A DNA stretch of 59,044 nucleotides, filler included, from Dugesia japonica (Eukaryota), in assembly GCA_001938525.1 (NCBI GenBank). It is 6 parts of 6 records of this genome, joined end to end, with 100 filler letters (N's around TTAATTAATTAA, not from the genome) between each part and the next. Parts side by side here need not be neighbours in the genome. Positions count along the whole stretch, not along the records: positions 1 to 9,513 come from MQRL01614823.1; positions 9,614 to 19,235 come from MQRL01542221.1; 4 more parts are not named here. One strand, 5' to 3'. Position 1 is the stretch's first letter. Each line of letters begins with the position of its first letter. Shown here one piece after another: positions 1-12,615 of this stretch. Under the pieces are notes generated by a model. It made no database searches. It had not been told where the DNA came from and saw only the letters and a list, made by a program, of their open reading frames with translations. The position numbers and the translations under genes were made by a program.

Positions 1-2829
1 TTATTTGATATAATTTATTATTTGTGATTTTTAAAATAAAGAAATTTATTGGAAATATTTTAATTACGGGAATTAATTAATGTTTTCATGTAAATCTAAA
101 TTCTTGATTTAAAGTTTCTAGGATTTTAAATTTCAATTTTTTGGGGTATTTATTAATTTTTAAATAAAATAGTTTTATTGAAACTCAATTTTTTTTAAAA
201 ATTAAATTAAATAATAGAATAATTTATTTAAATAATTGTTAATAAAGAAAAAAAAATCTGGATATTAAAGAATTCAAAGAAAGTTTTGAAGAGATTGAAA
301 GAATCAATTTGTTTCAATTTTTAACTGGATGTTCTCTTGTGCTCTCTTATTGTAAGAATGATTCATAGATTTTAAATATCTGGGAGATTTTTTTAAAGTT
401 TTCTATATGTTATATTAAAATTTATTTTGTGAAATAAATAAAAACCAATTTTTAAAATATGAAACATTTTTTAAATATAAATTATTTAAATAATTTCTAT
501 ATATTATATTAGGCAAAATTATAAAAGTATGTAAATTATTTTATGAAATTATGTTTAAAAACAATTAAAGATACTTGTAAAATAAAAGTATTTATAATTA
601 AAATCGATATTTTTTAAAATATTTTTTTAAATCTCTCATTTTATTTGGTGTTGAATTATTCTTCATCTTTCTTGACTTTAATCAAAAAACTTGTAATAAT
701 AAATAAAAACTTATAAAGAGTTGTGAGGTTTTGAATTTATCTAATAGTTATAACTATTAATTTAAATAATTTTAAACAAATATTTTATATTAGAAATTTG
801 TAAAGCTATTTTCCAAGAATTTACTCAGTATTAACTTTGAATATTTATTTACATCTTTACAATAAAATTAAAATACCACTTAATAATAATAATATTTGTT
901 ATAAAATTAACAAAAATACATCTTAAAAATGGACAAAAATATTCATTAAAATCTTTCAGAATATTTATAATTAATTAATTTAAATATAATAAATTTACGA
1001 AGATATTTAATCTATGCAAATCGAAAACAATAATTTGGAATTTATGTAAAGATTTTAATAATTAAATTTGAAATTCAACCTTTGAAAAAGATTTAATCCT
1101 AATTAAAAAATAATATTTATTGAATGGAATTTAAAAATTTCAGCACACTTAAATAATTATACAATATAAAATACGGTTTATTAAAATAAGTAAAAGAATT
1201 AATAAAACTTAAGTATAAATATTAAAATTTTTAATTATGACGTTACGCACCTAAGGGAGAGGGAGGGGGAGGTTTGAGAAATGTGAAGTCACATCGAAAA
1301 TCGAAATGATGCCAACTTTAAAATCTGTACTGTAGAATAATAAGAAAAGTAAGAGTGATTTAAAAATGTTTTATTTGAAATGTTTTATATTTTTTCAAAT
1401 ATTTGAGGGCCCATCATTTATGGGAATGAAAATGAATAGGAATTGATCGAGAACTAAATAGAAAGTAGACAAAATAATTAATTTAATTTAATAAAAATTT
1501 AAGTACAAATCTATATCAAAAATCTCTATTAAATAGAAATACAATTACAAAACGTTTTGCGAGAATAATTGTTAGACTTAACCATTGATCGGATTTGTAA
1601 AGCTCAATAAATTAAAAAGCTTAGATCGAAATGTTATTTTTTGATTTTTGTTTGTTGTTAGCAATCCGAATTTTCGACAAAAGTCTTCTTTGGAAATTTA
1701 CTTTTTGATTTACTCAAATTTTTCGAGAAATAAAAATAATTTTGAAATTCTAAAATAACAATAAAATAACATTTTGATCTCAACTTTTTAATTTGTTAAA
1801 ATTTTAAATATAAATATTAAAACCTTCTGAAATAATAAATGGTTTCTATTAGGTGTTGGACTTATGTAACTGTTAATTAAAATAAATTCATTAGTTTGCA
1901 ACATTTATTCATAAAACAAATAGAGTTTCTACAAATTCAAGCTTAAATGTTTTCAATCTTTTTTCTAATTTCCACTGAAAATGATTATAACTTTTTGGAA
2001 CAATGACTTTTTAATTGACTTGTCATTTCTGTAAACTTTCCAATATTCTTTAATTTACAATCAATTATAAATATTAAAAGATTATTTAATTGTAACAACT
2101 AATATAATTTAAAGTAATAACAATTATTATCCATATTTACCAAATCTTTGACAATTAAATAAGCATTCAATACAAATCTTATAATCATAATTTAATAATA
2201 AACAAAATATAAATTACAGAAAATACTGACAAAATGTAATTATACAATCTAATCTGTTCATGAAATTCCGCGCATTAAAATAGAATTTAAAAACTGATTT
2301 TTAATAATAAACACACACATTTCGTGATTGTATACAATCATTAGTAAATTTATACATTTACGAGACTTTTTAGGGAAAATATAAATTGAATAATATGAAT
2401 AATTTATATAGTGATAGTATACATTTACTAGAGAATACATACATTCACGGAAAGGATTTGTTCAAGTTTAAAATCTATTTTAAATACAGCAGAATATCAT
2501 TTATAATAGTATAAATTTAATTTGTTTTTATAATTCATAATTATAATTTATAATTTATGGACANAAGTAAAATGAAANAATTGATCTACAAGTGTCATGC
2601 AGTTTTTGTTATACTATTTAAATAATACCACAACTCGAATGGGGTACCACTAACACAATTCAAATTATAATGCAATTTTAATTTTAATAATACCAGTTGT
2701 TATTCAATATTGTTATGCAGTAAAACAATATTTTGAAGCTGAAAGCAAAGATTTATATAATCACTCAATGTTTCTTCAATGGTAAAAAACCAAATAGTAT
2801 CATTAAATATCATGCAGTTTTCGTGATAA

Positions 2830-3170
2830 TATTGGGTTGTCCGGAAAGTTCGTGCGTTTTTTTACATGAATCAGTTTTGTTTGATTTTCAAGCATTTAGA
2901 TNNNNNNNNNNNNNNNNNNNNNNNNNNNNNNNNNNNNNNNNNNNNNNNNNNNNNNNNNNNNNNNNNNNNNNNNNNNNNNNNNNNNNNNNNNNNNNNNNNA
3001 TAATAAAATTGATTATTTATTTCGATCCTTGCAAAACTCCTTGATCGATAAAACCTTTACCACAAATTCCAGCCTCAAGTTGCATTTGGAGAGCTTTGTG
3101 GAACAAAAAGATCAATATTTCTTCGAAAGTGGAATTATTTCATGCAAACAAATATCTTAAAATGTTGCAA
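2830..3170 (+). mobile_element. Degraded mariner remnant
   Basis: Mariner-like left end TATTGGGTTGTCCGGAAAGTTCGTGCG at ~2830. After the gap an unlisted frame reads ..YLFRSLQNSLIDKTFTTNSSLKLHLESFVEQKDQYFFESGII, matching the mariner transposase C-terminus. Confidence 0.65.
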
Positions 3171-4431
3171 GAATAGAAGCTCTCAAGGTTATAGTTAGCA
3201 AAGTAAANTCATATGTTATTTTAGTGATCATATTTATCAATAATTATATCAGTGGTTTCTAAATAATCAAAGACTTTGATATGATTCTGAGAAAATAACC
3301 TTCCATATCCTCTGATTAAACCCAAGTATTATTAAAATCATAACAAGCATAATTCAAATTGTACTTATATATGTTTTTTTCCAGTAAAGAACATGCATAA
3401 AAATATGTTTGGAATTCGAATCAAGAATTTATCACTGCAAAACTTTTATATAATCCCTTCATACTTGTTCATTTGCATGCATCTATTTCCCGGCAATTGT
3501 CTATCTAAGTAGTTCCAAGTAGGTGCATACCTAGGGGGGTTCACGGACTTGAACTTCGCACAAACCTATATAAATTTGCGCTCTAAAACGGACGAAAATC
3601 AAGTAAATGGGTTGGCTTTGTCAACTTTCCTCTCCAAAATGAATATAAATATTAAATATTTTAATCATGTATTATATATTAAAAATATTTAAATTGAACT
3701 CGACTGTTATTATTGTTGTTTTCTTTTATTTGAGCCCCCTCCAAGCGAAAAACCTGGGTGCGCGCATGGAGCCAAGTGCTTTGGAGAGCCGTACTTCTGT
3801 CATACGGGTGCTGCGAGAAAATTCGAATTAGGCATCTTCTATAAAAGTAGCACATTCAAAAGACGACACCAAATTATAAACTATATAATTTTTTATTAAT
3901 GTAGCATTAATAATATATAATTAACCGATAAATTAGAAAACTTGCATAATAAGAAACCAATATTTAATTTGGGACAACGTGAAAAGATTTTGATGTAATA
4001 GGGCCACTGTAAATCAAAAATGTTTGTGAACCGCTGATTGAATTAATAAATATTTTCTATGTTTCCAATTTAACAACTAATGAAATCTAAATACCAATAG
4101 ATAGTTTAGTATATGAATCAATTGTTATTTAAAGATTTCATTATTATAAACAAAATTCTAACAAATTTCATTTAAATATTGCGTTTTGAATAGCAGTTTA
4201 CAATTTGTTTTAAAGACGCTCTTTATTTAACATGTATATAATGACTTTATTTGTGTAACCATGGCTATTTTTAAAGAAAACATCAGGAGAAACAAGTTTG
4301 ACAAAAAGTACAATTGTTAAAAAGTTCAAATGAAATTTGATGAATATTTGTTATTCAGAAATAGCATCGAATAGTATAAGATATTACACAGAATTGTACA
4401 GTATTATACAAGTTTATGTATTATTGTTTAA

Positions 4432-4889
4432 CTCTTTCACTCCCAGTGAGCGCATTTTGAATATTTTGGCTTCAAATGATAGATTTAGTTTACTTAACAA
4501 AGTTTATTTTACTTAACAAAATTTTGAANNNNNNNNNNNNNNNNNNNNNNNNNNNNNNNNNNNNNNNNNNNNNNNNNNNNNNNNNNNNNNNNNNNNNNNN
4601 NNNNNNNNNNNNNNNNNNNNNNNGTGTTGGTTGTTACATTCTTTTATAGTTTAAAACGGTATGATAAACTTTTAAGAACTCAGGGCAACACAAAGGTATT
4701 CCATTTTCACATTACTTCGTACTAAAACATTTATAACTTTTTGTGTGAACAATTTGAAATCAAAACCACTAATACATAAGATTGACTTCATTAAACCCAT
4801 TAAAATGATATGTAATATGACAACTTTCTCATTACTGTTTATCCGGAAATTCAAGTGTATCCTAAATGAATACACCGGGAGTGAAAGTG
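4432..4889. mobile_element. Non-autonomous piggyBac-type element (MITE) with TTAA target duplication
   Basis: TTAA(4428-4431)-CTCTTTCACTCCCAGTG ... CACCGGGAGTGAAAGTG-TTAA(4890-4893): 17-bp TIR with 2 mismatches. Confidence 0.75.
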
Positions 4890-5582
4890 TTAATGTTTTG
4901 ATATAAAGATTTTACCAATAATAGATAACAGATTATTCAAAATGTCTAATAGAAGAAATTACCAAAAATAATATTAAACTATTCCAATAATAATTAATTA
5001 TATAAATGATTGAGAAATTTCCAGCTAAAAATATGAAAAAGAATTTGTTTGTATTTTGACTCTAAAGAAAATTCAAAAAAAAATTCCTTTGAGAAAATTT
5101 GTACACATCAGAATTGTAAAGAAACATTTTTAAAACAAAATAAAAAAGTAAATCTAGTAAAGAAAAAATTAGACTAAATATAAAATTATGACATTCATCT
5201 GTAAAGTCTATATTATTTAATTTGCTATTCTATAGAATTAAATAACAAAAAATCTAATTAAAAGCAATTACGGTTATAAGAAATATAAACAAAGCAGATA
5301 TATAGAGAAATATAGAAAAGTAAATTGGGAAAGCAAGTCTAAAAAATTAGTCTAAGATGGGATAATCATACTGAAGAAGTATTTATATACTGTTATCTTT
5401 GCACTGATTTTCTCTTTTAATTACTCTTCAATAATAATCTCAGCAATATGATAACAATCAAATTATCCTTTGTAATTATCATAAACTCTTTTATTAGATT
5501 ATTATAATTTGATTTGAGTGGTATGGGAAACGAAATTTATTTTTTGTGTGTTAATTAAATAAATAATAATTTACTAATCTTA

Positions 5583-6254
5583 ACGGTAAGTGACAATTGG
5601 GTACCACCAACTGGATACCGGGACAACTTGGTTCCGCCAACTAGATCCCGGGACAACTGGGTACTGAGATGTAGATCCCAAAACATGTTTGGAAATACTG
5701 TATCGAAATAATTTCCCATCACAATACTAATTTATCAAGATCGCACCAATAATTATGCCGAAATTGCGCAANNNNNNNNNNNNNNNNNNNNNNNNNNNNN
5801 NNNNNNNNNNNNNNNNNNNNNNNNNNNNNNNNNNNNNNNNNNNNNNNNNNNNNNNNNNNNNNNNNNNNNNNNNNNNNTGACACGAACACCTGCACCTGAA
5901 AAGCGAAAGAAATATCAACTTGCAGATGACCACATTATAAAAATTGTGAGAACGTCTGGGAATCACGAAATTATTGATTATCTTAAAGGTCTGTCTCATG
6001 TCTTTCCTACGGAATAACAAAGAACGCTAACTAGTTAAATAAATGATATCCTTGTAATATTTTAAAATATATCTTTGAAAGCTTTTACTAAGAAACCAGT
6101 TCATTTATATAACATTTAATTAAAGTTCATGTGGCGTCAATTAAATTCATTTCATTTTCATTCAGTTTAAAATGATTCATTAACATAATTTCTGGAGACT
6201 AAAATGTTAGTATCCAGTTGTCCGGGACCTAGTTTGCGGGACCCGGTTCAACGT
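5583..6254 (+). mobile_element. Internally deleted MULE-like DNA transposon
   Basis: Repetitive inverted termini (CAACTAGATCCCGGGACAACTGGGTACT left; AGTATCCAGTTGTCCGGGACCTAGTT right). Internal frame KRKKYQLADDHIIKIVRTSGNHEIIDYLKGLSHVF resembles the MULE transposase C-terminus. Confidence 0.55.
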
Positions 6255-7239
6255 TTTAACTTTTAACAAAAAACCAACTGAATTTGTTTTTGAATAAGTT
6301 TATTATGGTGACTTGTGACATTGTAAATCAAATTAATAGAAGATTGTGAAATAATCATCATTCATTAATTTAGCTTCTAAAATGCTTAAAGGGCTATTAG
6401 TTGATTCACATAAGACATTTCATACTACCTGACTTGGACTCAACGTATCCGATAAAGACGTTCTCATTGATTTACTTAAATGCAAATTGGCACACCTTTT
6501 AAAGTTCTTCAATTACTACTTTAAAAAATATGTTTCCGGGAATTTCAACAGTTGGAATTTATTAATTTGTTGACAAATTCAATAATAAATATTGAATACA
6601 TAAATTGATTTAAATTAGAAAATATATAATATTCATCTAATCAAATTATACCATTTAATTTAACCATCTAATAATATTATTCATAAAAAACAGTAAAAAA
6701 ATAATGAATTTATGTAAAAAAAATAATTATTATTTTTATTTATTAAATTTTATTTAAGTATTTTCTACGAATCAGTATATGATGAATAAATTTTGAATTT
6801 TGAAAATTGGAAGATCTTATCGCAAAATATCTATGAAAATACTCAATCGATTTCAAAGGATTTTCAATACTATTTCTAAAAATGTTAATTGATTTTGGAA
6901 TGCTGATCTCTATTAATAGAATATAAAAGTAAATCAATTAAACTTGAGATGTTATCAAATCATGAAATAATTATAGATTATTCATAATTATTAATATTTT
7001 ATTTTTATAATTTGAAATTATATAATTTAAGTGGATTGATTAAAATTTAGATATTTGTGAGAAAAATTCTGATTTTGAGATAATATTATTGGTTTAACTC
7101 TTTGTGGCTGGATATTAGTAAATTATTAAAATGTTCTAACTTTTCTAAAATATATTTTGATTTTGGTGTTCATTAAAATCTGAAAATTTTCTTTATTTTT
7201 TGGTGTTTTTTACCTTTTCTCTTTTTTCAGGTTAGGTTT

Positions 7240-8132
7240 GATATGCGATCCTCGCATAGTACTCAGAGGTTCCTAGGGGGAATAATGTAGATAAATATAA
7301 CTTTGCTGTAATCTTAAACTGTAATCTTAAAATGTGTTTCGATTGCTACTATTCGTCGTTTGATAAAATCCTTTGAATAGAGTTTCAAAAGAATTAAATT
7401 AATTCCACCGAGAAAAAACTTAGAAAATAATAAAAAGATGCGATTTAATTATGCGAGAAGTATTCTAGAGATGGAAGCGAATAAATTAGTTTTTATTGAT
7501 GAAAATTGCAGAATGAGAAAAGGATATGAAAGAGCACCTATTGGTGCAACCTCGAGAGAAAATGGTATCCAAGAAAGAACTTCGTTATTTTAAAATTTGA
7601 AATAATACTTATAAAACGGAATATTTCCGTATTTTTATTAAAGATTTGTTGAATAAGCTACTTGAAAAAAATATGAACAATAAGACGATCATTTGCGACA
7701 ATGTATTTTTTCACAAATCTGCTAATACGTAAAGAATAATTCAAGATGCCAGACACTTTTGACTTTTTACTGCTCTATACTACACAGCTCAACCCTTTTG
7801 AAGAAGTCTTCGGTGCCGGAAAGAAACACATCTGAGCCATGAATTGTGTAAACTATGATTCACTTATGAGTGCAATATAATACAATATATATATATATAT
7901 ATATACATGTTCCGAAAGTGTTGATCAAAATCAATGTGAGGCATTTTTAGGCATATAAATACTTATTTGATAAAGGGAATATATCGGGAAAATTCTTAAT
8001 TATAGTAATATGTTGTTTATTTTTACAAAAATAATAATTTTTCCGAAGAATAATTTTAAAATATTTTGAAAAACACTGTGCATAATGTACACTATAGAAC
8101 GCGGGGGTGTATGACTTTATGTCGCATACAGT
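7240..8132 (+). mobile_element. IS630/Tc1-family transposase pseudogene
   Basis: Broken frames VSIATIRRL..SFKRIKLIP..KLVFIDE..TIICDNVFFHKS..QLNPFEEVFG give the DDE triad. Many stops and frameshifts; ends approximate. Confidence 0.7.
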
Positions 8133-9513
8133 GTGGTTTTTTGTAACATTTAAATAATTTAATATTATCAACACGATTTTCCATTAAAATTTTATTAATT
8201 NNNNNNNNNNNNNNNNNNNNNNNNNNNNNNNNNNNNNNNNNNNNNNNNNNNNNNNNNNNNNNNNNNNNNNNNNNNNNNNNNNNNNNNNNNNNNNNTAATA
8301 CTTTCTTTTAACCATTAAACAAAAATAAAAAAAAATTAAATCAACAATCTTTTAAAAAATAAATTTTAAATTGTTTCAAAAAAATTTAATTTTAAATTAA
8401 AAATTAACATTAAACTTGAAAATATTAAAAGTAAACAAGTTTGAAACGTAATATTAATTAAATTTTATAAATAAAATTTTTTTTAAATATTTGTTTCTTC
8501 ACTTAATACAAGAATAACGGTTTGATAAAACGAAAGAAAAATATGTTCAAAAATTTAATTATTCTTTAAAATATTTATTTCAATTATTTTTATTAATGAT
8601 TTTTAATTTTTTTTAATTAGAAAATATCAATCTTATTTTACAAAAATCTTTTGATGTTAAATTAAAAATCCCTTTTAACAATTTTATTTTTTAAATTAAT
8701 TAAAATATTTGATATTTTATGGAAAAATTTATTTAATTAATTTAATTAGTTTTGTTAATTTAATTTACTTCGTTGATTTTATTAATTTACTTTTAAATAT
8801 CTATTTTAATCTTTTTTGAAAATTCTTTATTTTTATATTCAAATTAATTAAACTTAATTATTAATTTAATTAATTAGATTTAAGTTAATTAAAATTTAGT
8901 AATTTCACGAAAACCCAGACTAATTTCAAGAAGATTATCTCATTAAATCCTAATGAAATATGTATTAAATAAAGAAGGTTATTATTGTCAAATTTTTGCT
9001 GACTGTCTTTAATGGGATTAGTTTTTATGGACTTTTTTACTGTGGACGTTTTTCATGTTGGCCGAGACAGCTCCTTCATTTTTTAATATTTTACTGATAA
9101 TTATAGTATAGTTTTATAATCACATAAAATTTACTTACAAAAATTATAATGTTGAAGATTTTATGAAAAAAATAAATTTTAAACCTAGTTAAGATGAAAG
9201 GGTTTTGATGGTGAAATAGATTTTTATTAAAAATTTAAAAGTATTAATTAAACATTAATATTATAAATTTAAGAATTCATTAAAACAAATTAATAACTTC
9301 GATCAAATTAAATTGTTGTTTTATAGATATTCAAATTTTTGACAATTGCCTTCTTCAGAATTAAATCGATATTAAAACATTGTAACAAAATAGTTTATAT
9401 TTTATTAAAATTTTATTGGTTTATTTTAATTATAAATTTTATTTTAAATTCAATCTCAAAATTTTTAATTAAATTTTTTAATAAAATTTTTAATAAAATT
9501 TGTTTAAATGTTT

Positions 9514-9613
9514 NNNNNNNNNNNNNNNNNNNNNNNNNNNNNNNNNNNNNNNNNNNNTTAATTAATTAANNNNNNNNNNNNNNNNNNNNNNNNNNNNNNN
9601 NNNNNNNNNNNNN
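9514..9613. other. Artificial contig linker (N44-TTAATTAATTAA-N44)
   Basis: Identical 100-bp spacer with stops in all six frames recurs at 19236-19335, 28436-28535, 40419-40518 and 49393-49492. Confidence 0.95.
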
Positions 9614-9614
9614 T

Positions 9615-10145
9615 AAAGGTAAAGAATTTTACAATAAACATTTTAAATCTTTTTGTGATGAAAATAACATTGAAATGTATACAACTGGAAATCGCGAAGC
9701 TAACCTACGGACAAATGAAGCTAAAGCAGTAGTTATAGAAAGATTTAATAGAACATTCAAACATAAACTTTTTAAAAATTTTACTGCCGTTGGAAATCAA
9801 GATATAAATTCTACATTATTAAATCATATTGTAGATAAATACAATAACACAATACATTCAAGTATTAATGTTACACCTAAAAATNNNNNNNNNNNNNNNN
9901 NNNNNNNNNNNNNNNNNNNNNNNNNNNNNNNNNNNNNNNNNNNNNNNNNNNNNNNNNNNNNNNNNNNNNNNNNNNNNNNNNNNNNNNNNNNNNNNNNNNN
10001 NNNNNNNNNNNNNNNNNNNNNNNNNNNNNNNNNNNNNNNNNNNNNNNNNNNNNNNNNNNCTTATACATTTCAAATATCAAATCTTAACGGTAACAAAATA
10101 CTTGGAAGATTTTATAGTAATGAACTTCAGAAATCATCTTTATAA
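9615..10145 (+). CDS. Polinton retroviral-like (rve) integrase, 5' partial, spans a gap
   Basis: KGKEFYNKHF...KAVVIERFNRTFK...YNNTIHSSINVTP...GRFYSNELQK; ends without a chromodomain. Confidence 0.92.
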   Translation, partial: KGKEFYNKHFKSFCDENNIEMYTTGNREANLRTNEAKAVVIERFNRTFKHKLFKNFTAVGNQDINSTLLNHIVDKYNNTIHSSINVTPKNXXXXXXXXXXXXXXXXXXXXXXXXXXXXXXXXXXXXXXXXXXXXXXXXXXXXXXXXXXXYTFQISNLNGNKILGRFYSNELQKSSL

Positions 10146-10292
10146 AAAATAATATGCCCACGAAGTGGGCTTTGTTAAATGTTAATATGTAAAATGTTAA
10201 ATGATAAATTTTAATATGTTAAATGTAAAATGTTAAATGTTAATATGAGACATATAAAATAATATAATATGATTAAAATAAAAATATAAGAA

Positions 10293-10463
10293 ATGATAGC
10301 TCAAGATATAATTCATGATCAATTACCAACAAAACAAATTATAGAAAAAATTTATTATTGGGATCATATAATAAATAAAACCAATAATGTTGATTTAACA
10401 TGTTACATTAATTTATTAAAATTATTTAGAATACTATTAACTAGAATTAAAATAAATATATAA
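10293..10463 (+). CDS. Small Polinton ORF, 56 aa (MIAQDIIHDQLPTKQ...), unknown function
   Basis: Open ATG-TAA frame filling the space between integrase and ATPase; same TAAGAAATG start context as the ATPase. Confidence 0.5.
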   Translation: MIAQDIIHDQLPTKQIIEKIYYWDHIINKTNNVDLTCYINLLKLFRILLTRIKINI

Positions 10464-10466
10464 GAA

Positions 10467-11316
10467 ATGACTTATATCTGGAATAATAACATTACACATT
10501 TTAACAATAAAGTACTTCCCAATAATTTTAGATTATTAATGATTGGNNNNNNNNNNNNNNNNNNNNNNNNNNNNNNNNNNNNNNNNNNNNNNNNNNTGGA
10601 ATAATAACATTACACATTTTAACAATAAAGTACTTCCCAATAATTTTAGATTATTAATGATTGGATCTTCTGATTGTGGTAAAAATGTATTACTTATGAA
10701 AATGTTATTAACACCTGAATTTTTAGATTTTGACAATTTAATAATTTACTCTACAACAATTTCACAATTTGAGATTCAATTATTATATTTAGGATTTGAA
10801 CATGTATTATCTGAAGAAGAAATTACTTTAATGTTTGAAAAGCAAAATATAATACCTAAAACTTATAATACACCAAATCAAGTTATTAATTATTTCTTAG
10901 ATAAAAAAATATTAGTTAAAAAACCAAGAAGTGTAAATGTAACATTAAGTAAAAAACCTAATGAAATAATCTCTTGTGATAAACTTTCTAAAGATAAAAA
11001 AACTTAATAATATTTGATGATGTTGTTAANNNNNNNNNNNNNNNNNNNNNNNNNNNNNNNNNNNNNNNNNNNNNNNNNNNNNNNNNNNNNNNNNNNNNNN
11101 NNNNNNNNNNNNNNNNNNNNNNNNNNNNNNNNNNNNNNNNNNNNNNNNNNNNNNNNNNNNNNNNNNNNNNNNNNNNNNNNNNNNNNNNNNNNNNNNGATA
11201 ATGTGTATCATGAATTATTTTCAAATATATTTATTAACAAGTTAGAATATGACTATGAAGTAAATTTACATTGGGAAGTTAAATATAATTATTTTTATTT
11301 AAATAAAGAAACATGA
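10467..11316 (+). CDS. A32/FtsK-like DNA-packaging ATPase (gapped, apparent frameshift near 11000)
   Basis: MTYIWNNNITHF..FRLLMIGSSDCGKNVLL (Walker A), and LIIFDDVV (Walker B) in a shifted frame at ~11003-11027. Confidence 0.85.
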
Positions 11317-11376
11317 AATGTTAGATGATTTATTTTAGATTTTACATTTTACATTTTACATTTTACACTTTACATT

Positions 11377-11928
11377 TTACACTTTGACTATGAAATTTAG
11401 ACTTAACAATGGATCGTTTTCAATTATTTTTTCTATTTCTTTAAAATGTTCTGTAATTTTTCTAAATGATAAATCACAATAAATAATATCTCTCCACTTA
11501 TCAGCTATTAAAGCAAATCTAATTAATTTATTTACATAACTAATATCATAATTAATTTCATATCCACTTAGATAATTTATAAAATCACTAACATTTAACT
11601 TTTTACCTTTTGGTGTAAAATCATGTTTTAAATACATTAAAAATGATCCTATTGCTGCATAAGAAACTAATGTTACTTGTTTAGATCTTTGAATAAAAAT
11701 TTGATATTTTTTTATATTTTCTATTAGATCTTCACGACTCCTATTTATTTCTAAACTAACATAATTGTTTCGTCTTTCCATTACTAATTTATCTAAATTT
11801 ATTATTCCATTATTTTTTTTTATATTAACCTCTATTGATTTTTTAAGTTCTTTTTCAAATGATAAAACTTGATTAGTTTTTGATCTTTTCTTTTTTCCCT
11901 GTTTTATTTTTTTTTGATTCAGTTTCAT
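11377..11928 (-). CDS. Polinton hypothetical protein, 183 aa, basic N-terminus, possibly a helical DNA-binding protein
   Basis: Intact ORF abutting the upstream ORF (TAAATG stop/start junction); Lys-rich N-terminus. Confidence 0.75.
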   Translation of the reverse strand: MKLNQKKIKQGKKKRSKTNQVLSFEKELKKSIEVNIKKNNGIINLDKLVMERRNNYVSLEINRSREDLIENIKKYQIFIQRSKQVTLVSYAAIGSFLMYLKHDFTPKGKKLNVSDFINYLSGYEINYDISYVNKLIRFALIADKWRDIIYCDLSFRKITEHFKEIEKIIENDPLLSLNFIVKV

Positions 11929-12528
11929 TTAAATCATTTTTGTTATTCGATTTTTACTTATATATTCAGGAATTAATTCACTTTCACTTTCTTCACTTTC
12001 ACTTTGACTTTCTTCAATTATAGGTGTTACTGTTACATTTACAATTTCAGGTTTAACATTTTCACTTTCACTTTCACTTTCTTCAATTATTTCTTTACTT
12101 TTATGTTTAACATTTTCAATTTCACTTTCACTTTCTTCACTTTCACTTTCTTCAATTATTTCTTTACTTTTAGGTTTAACATTTTCAATTTCACTTTCAA
12201 CATTTACAATTTTACTTTTTTCACTTTTTATTTTCCAAGGCACATGTGCCTTGGTAATTATTTCTTCAATTTTAGGTTTAACATTTTCAATTATAGAGTC
12301 CAATCTAATGAGTTTAACATTTTCATTTTCACTTTCACTTTCACTTTCAGTTTCATGTGCCTTGGAAATTATTATGTTTTTGAACATATGTTCATAGTCA
12401 TAAAGTTTACTGTAAAATGTTTTAAAATATTCTTTTTCAGTTATTTGGAACAATGGTAAGTTTTTATATTTTTTTAATTCATTGCATCCTAGTAAAATTC
12501 TTTTTACTATTTCATTAATTTCCTTCAT
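11929..12528 (-). CDS. Polinton hypothetical protein, 199 aa, with (ES)n and ENVKP repeats
   Basis: Intact ORF with GAAAGT hexamer repeats; contains the 20-bp palindrome in frame (KAHVPW). Confidence 0.75.
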   Translation of the reverse strand: MKEINEIVKRILLGCNELKKYKNLPLFQITEKEYFKTFYSKLYDYEHMFKNIIISKAHETESESESENENVKLIRLDSIIENVKPKIEEIITKAHVPWKIKSEKSKIVNVESEIENVKPKSKEIIEESESEESESEIENVKHKSKEIIEESESESENVKPEIVNVTVTPIIEESQSESEESESELIPEYISKNRITKMI

Positions 12529-12615
12529 TTATTATATTTTACTTTTAATCACACACTAATTTTTTATTTGTCTTTTATTTTTTATATAGTAAGTTTATAT
12601 TTTACATTTTACATT

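Noticed and set aside
10478-10665. Exact ~69-bp direct repeat at the ATPase start
   Set aside because: The copies flank a 50-N gap; an unmerged contig overlap.
12004-12459. 151-aa Phe/Thr-rich plus-strand ORF
   Set aside because: Antisense shadow of the (ES)n repeat gene.
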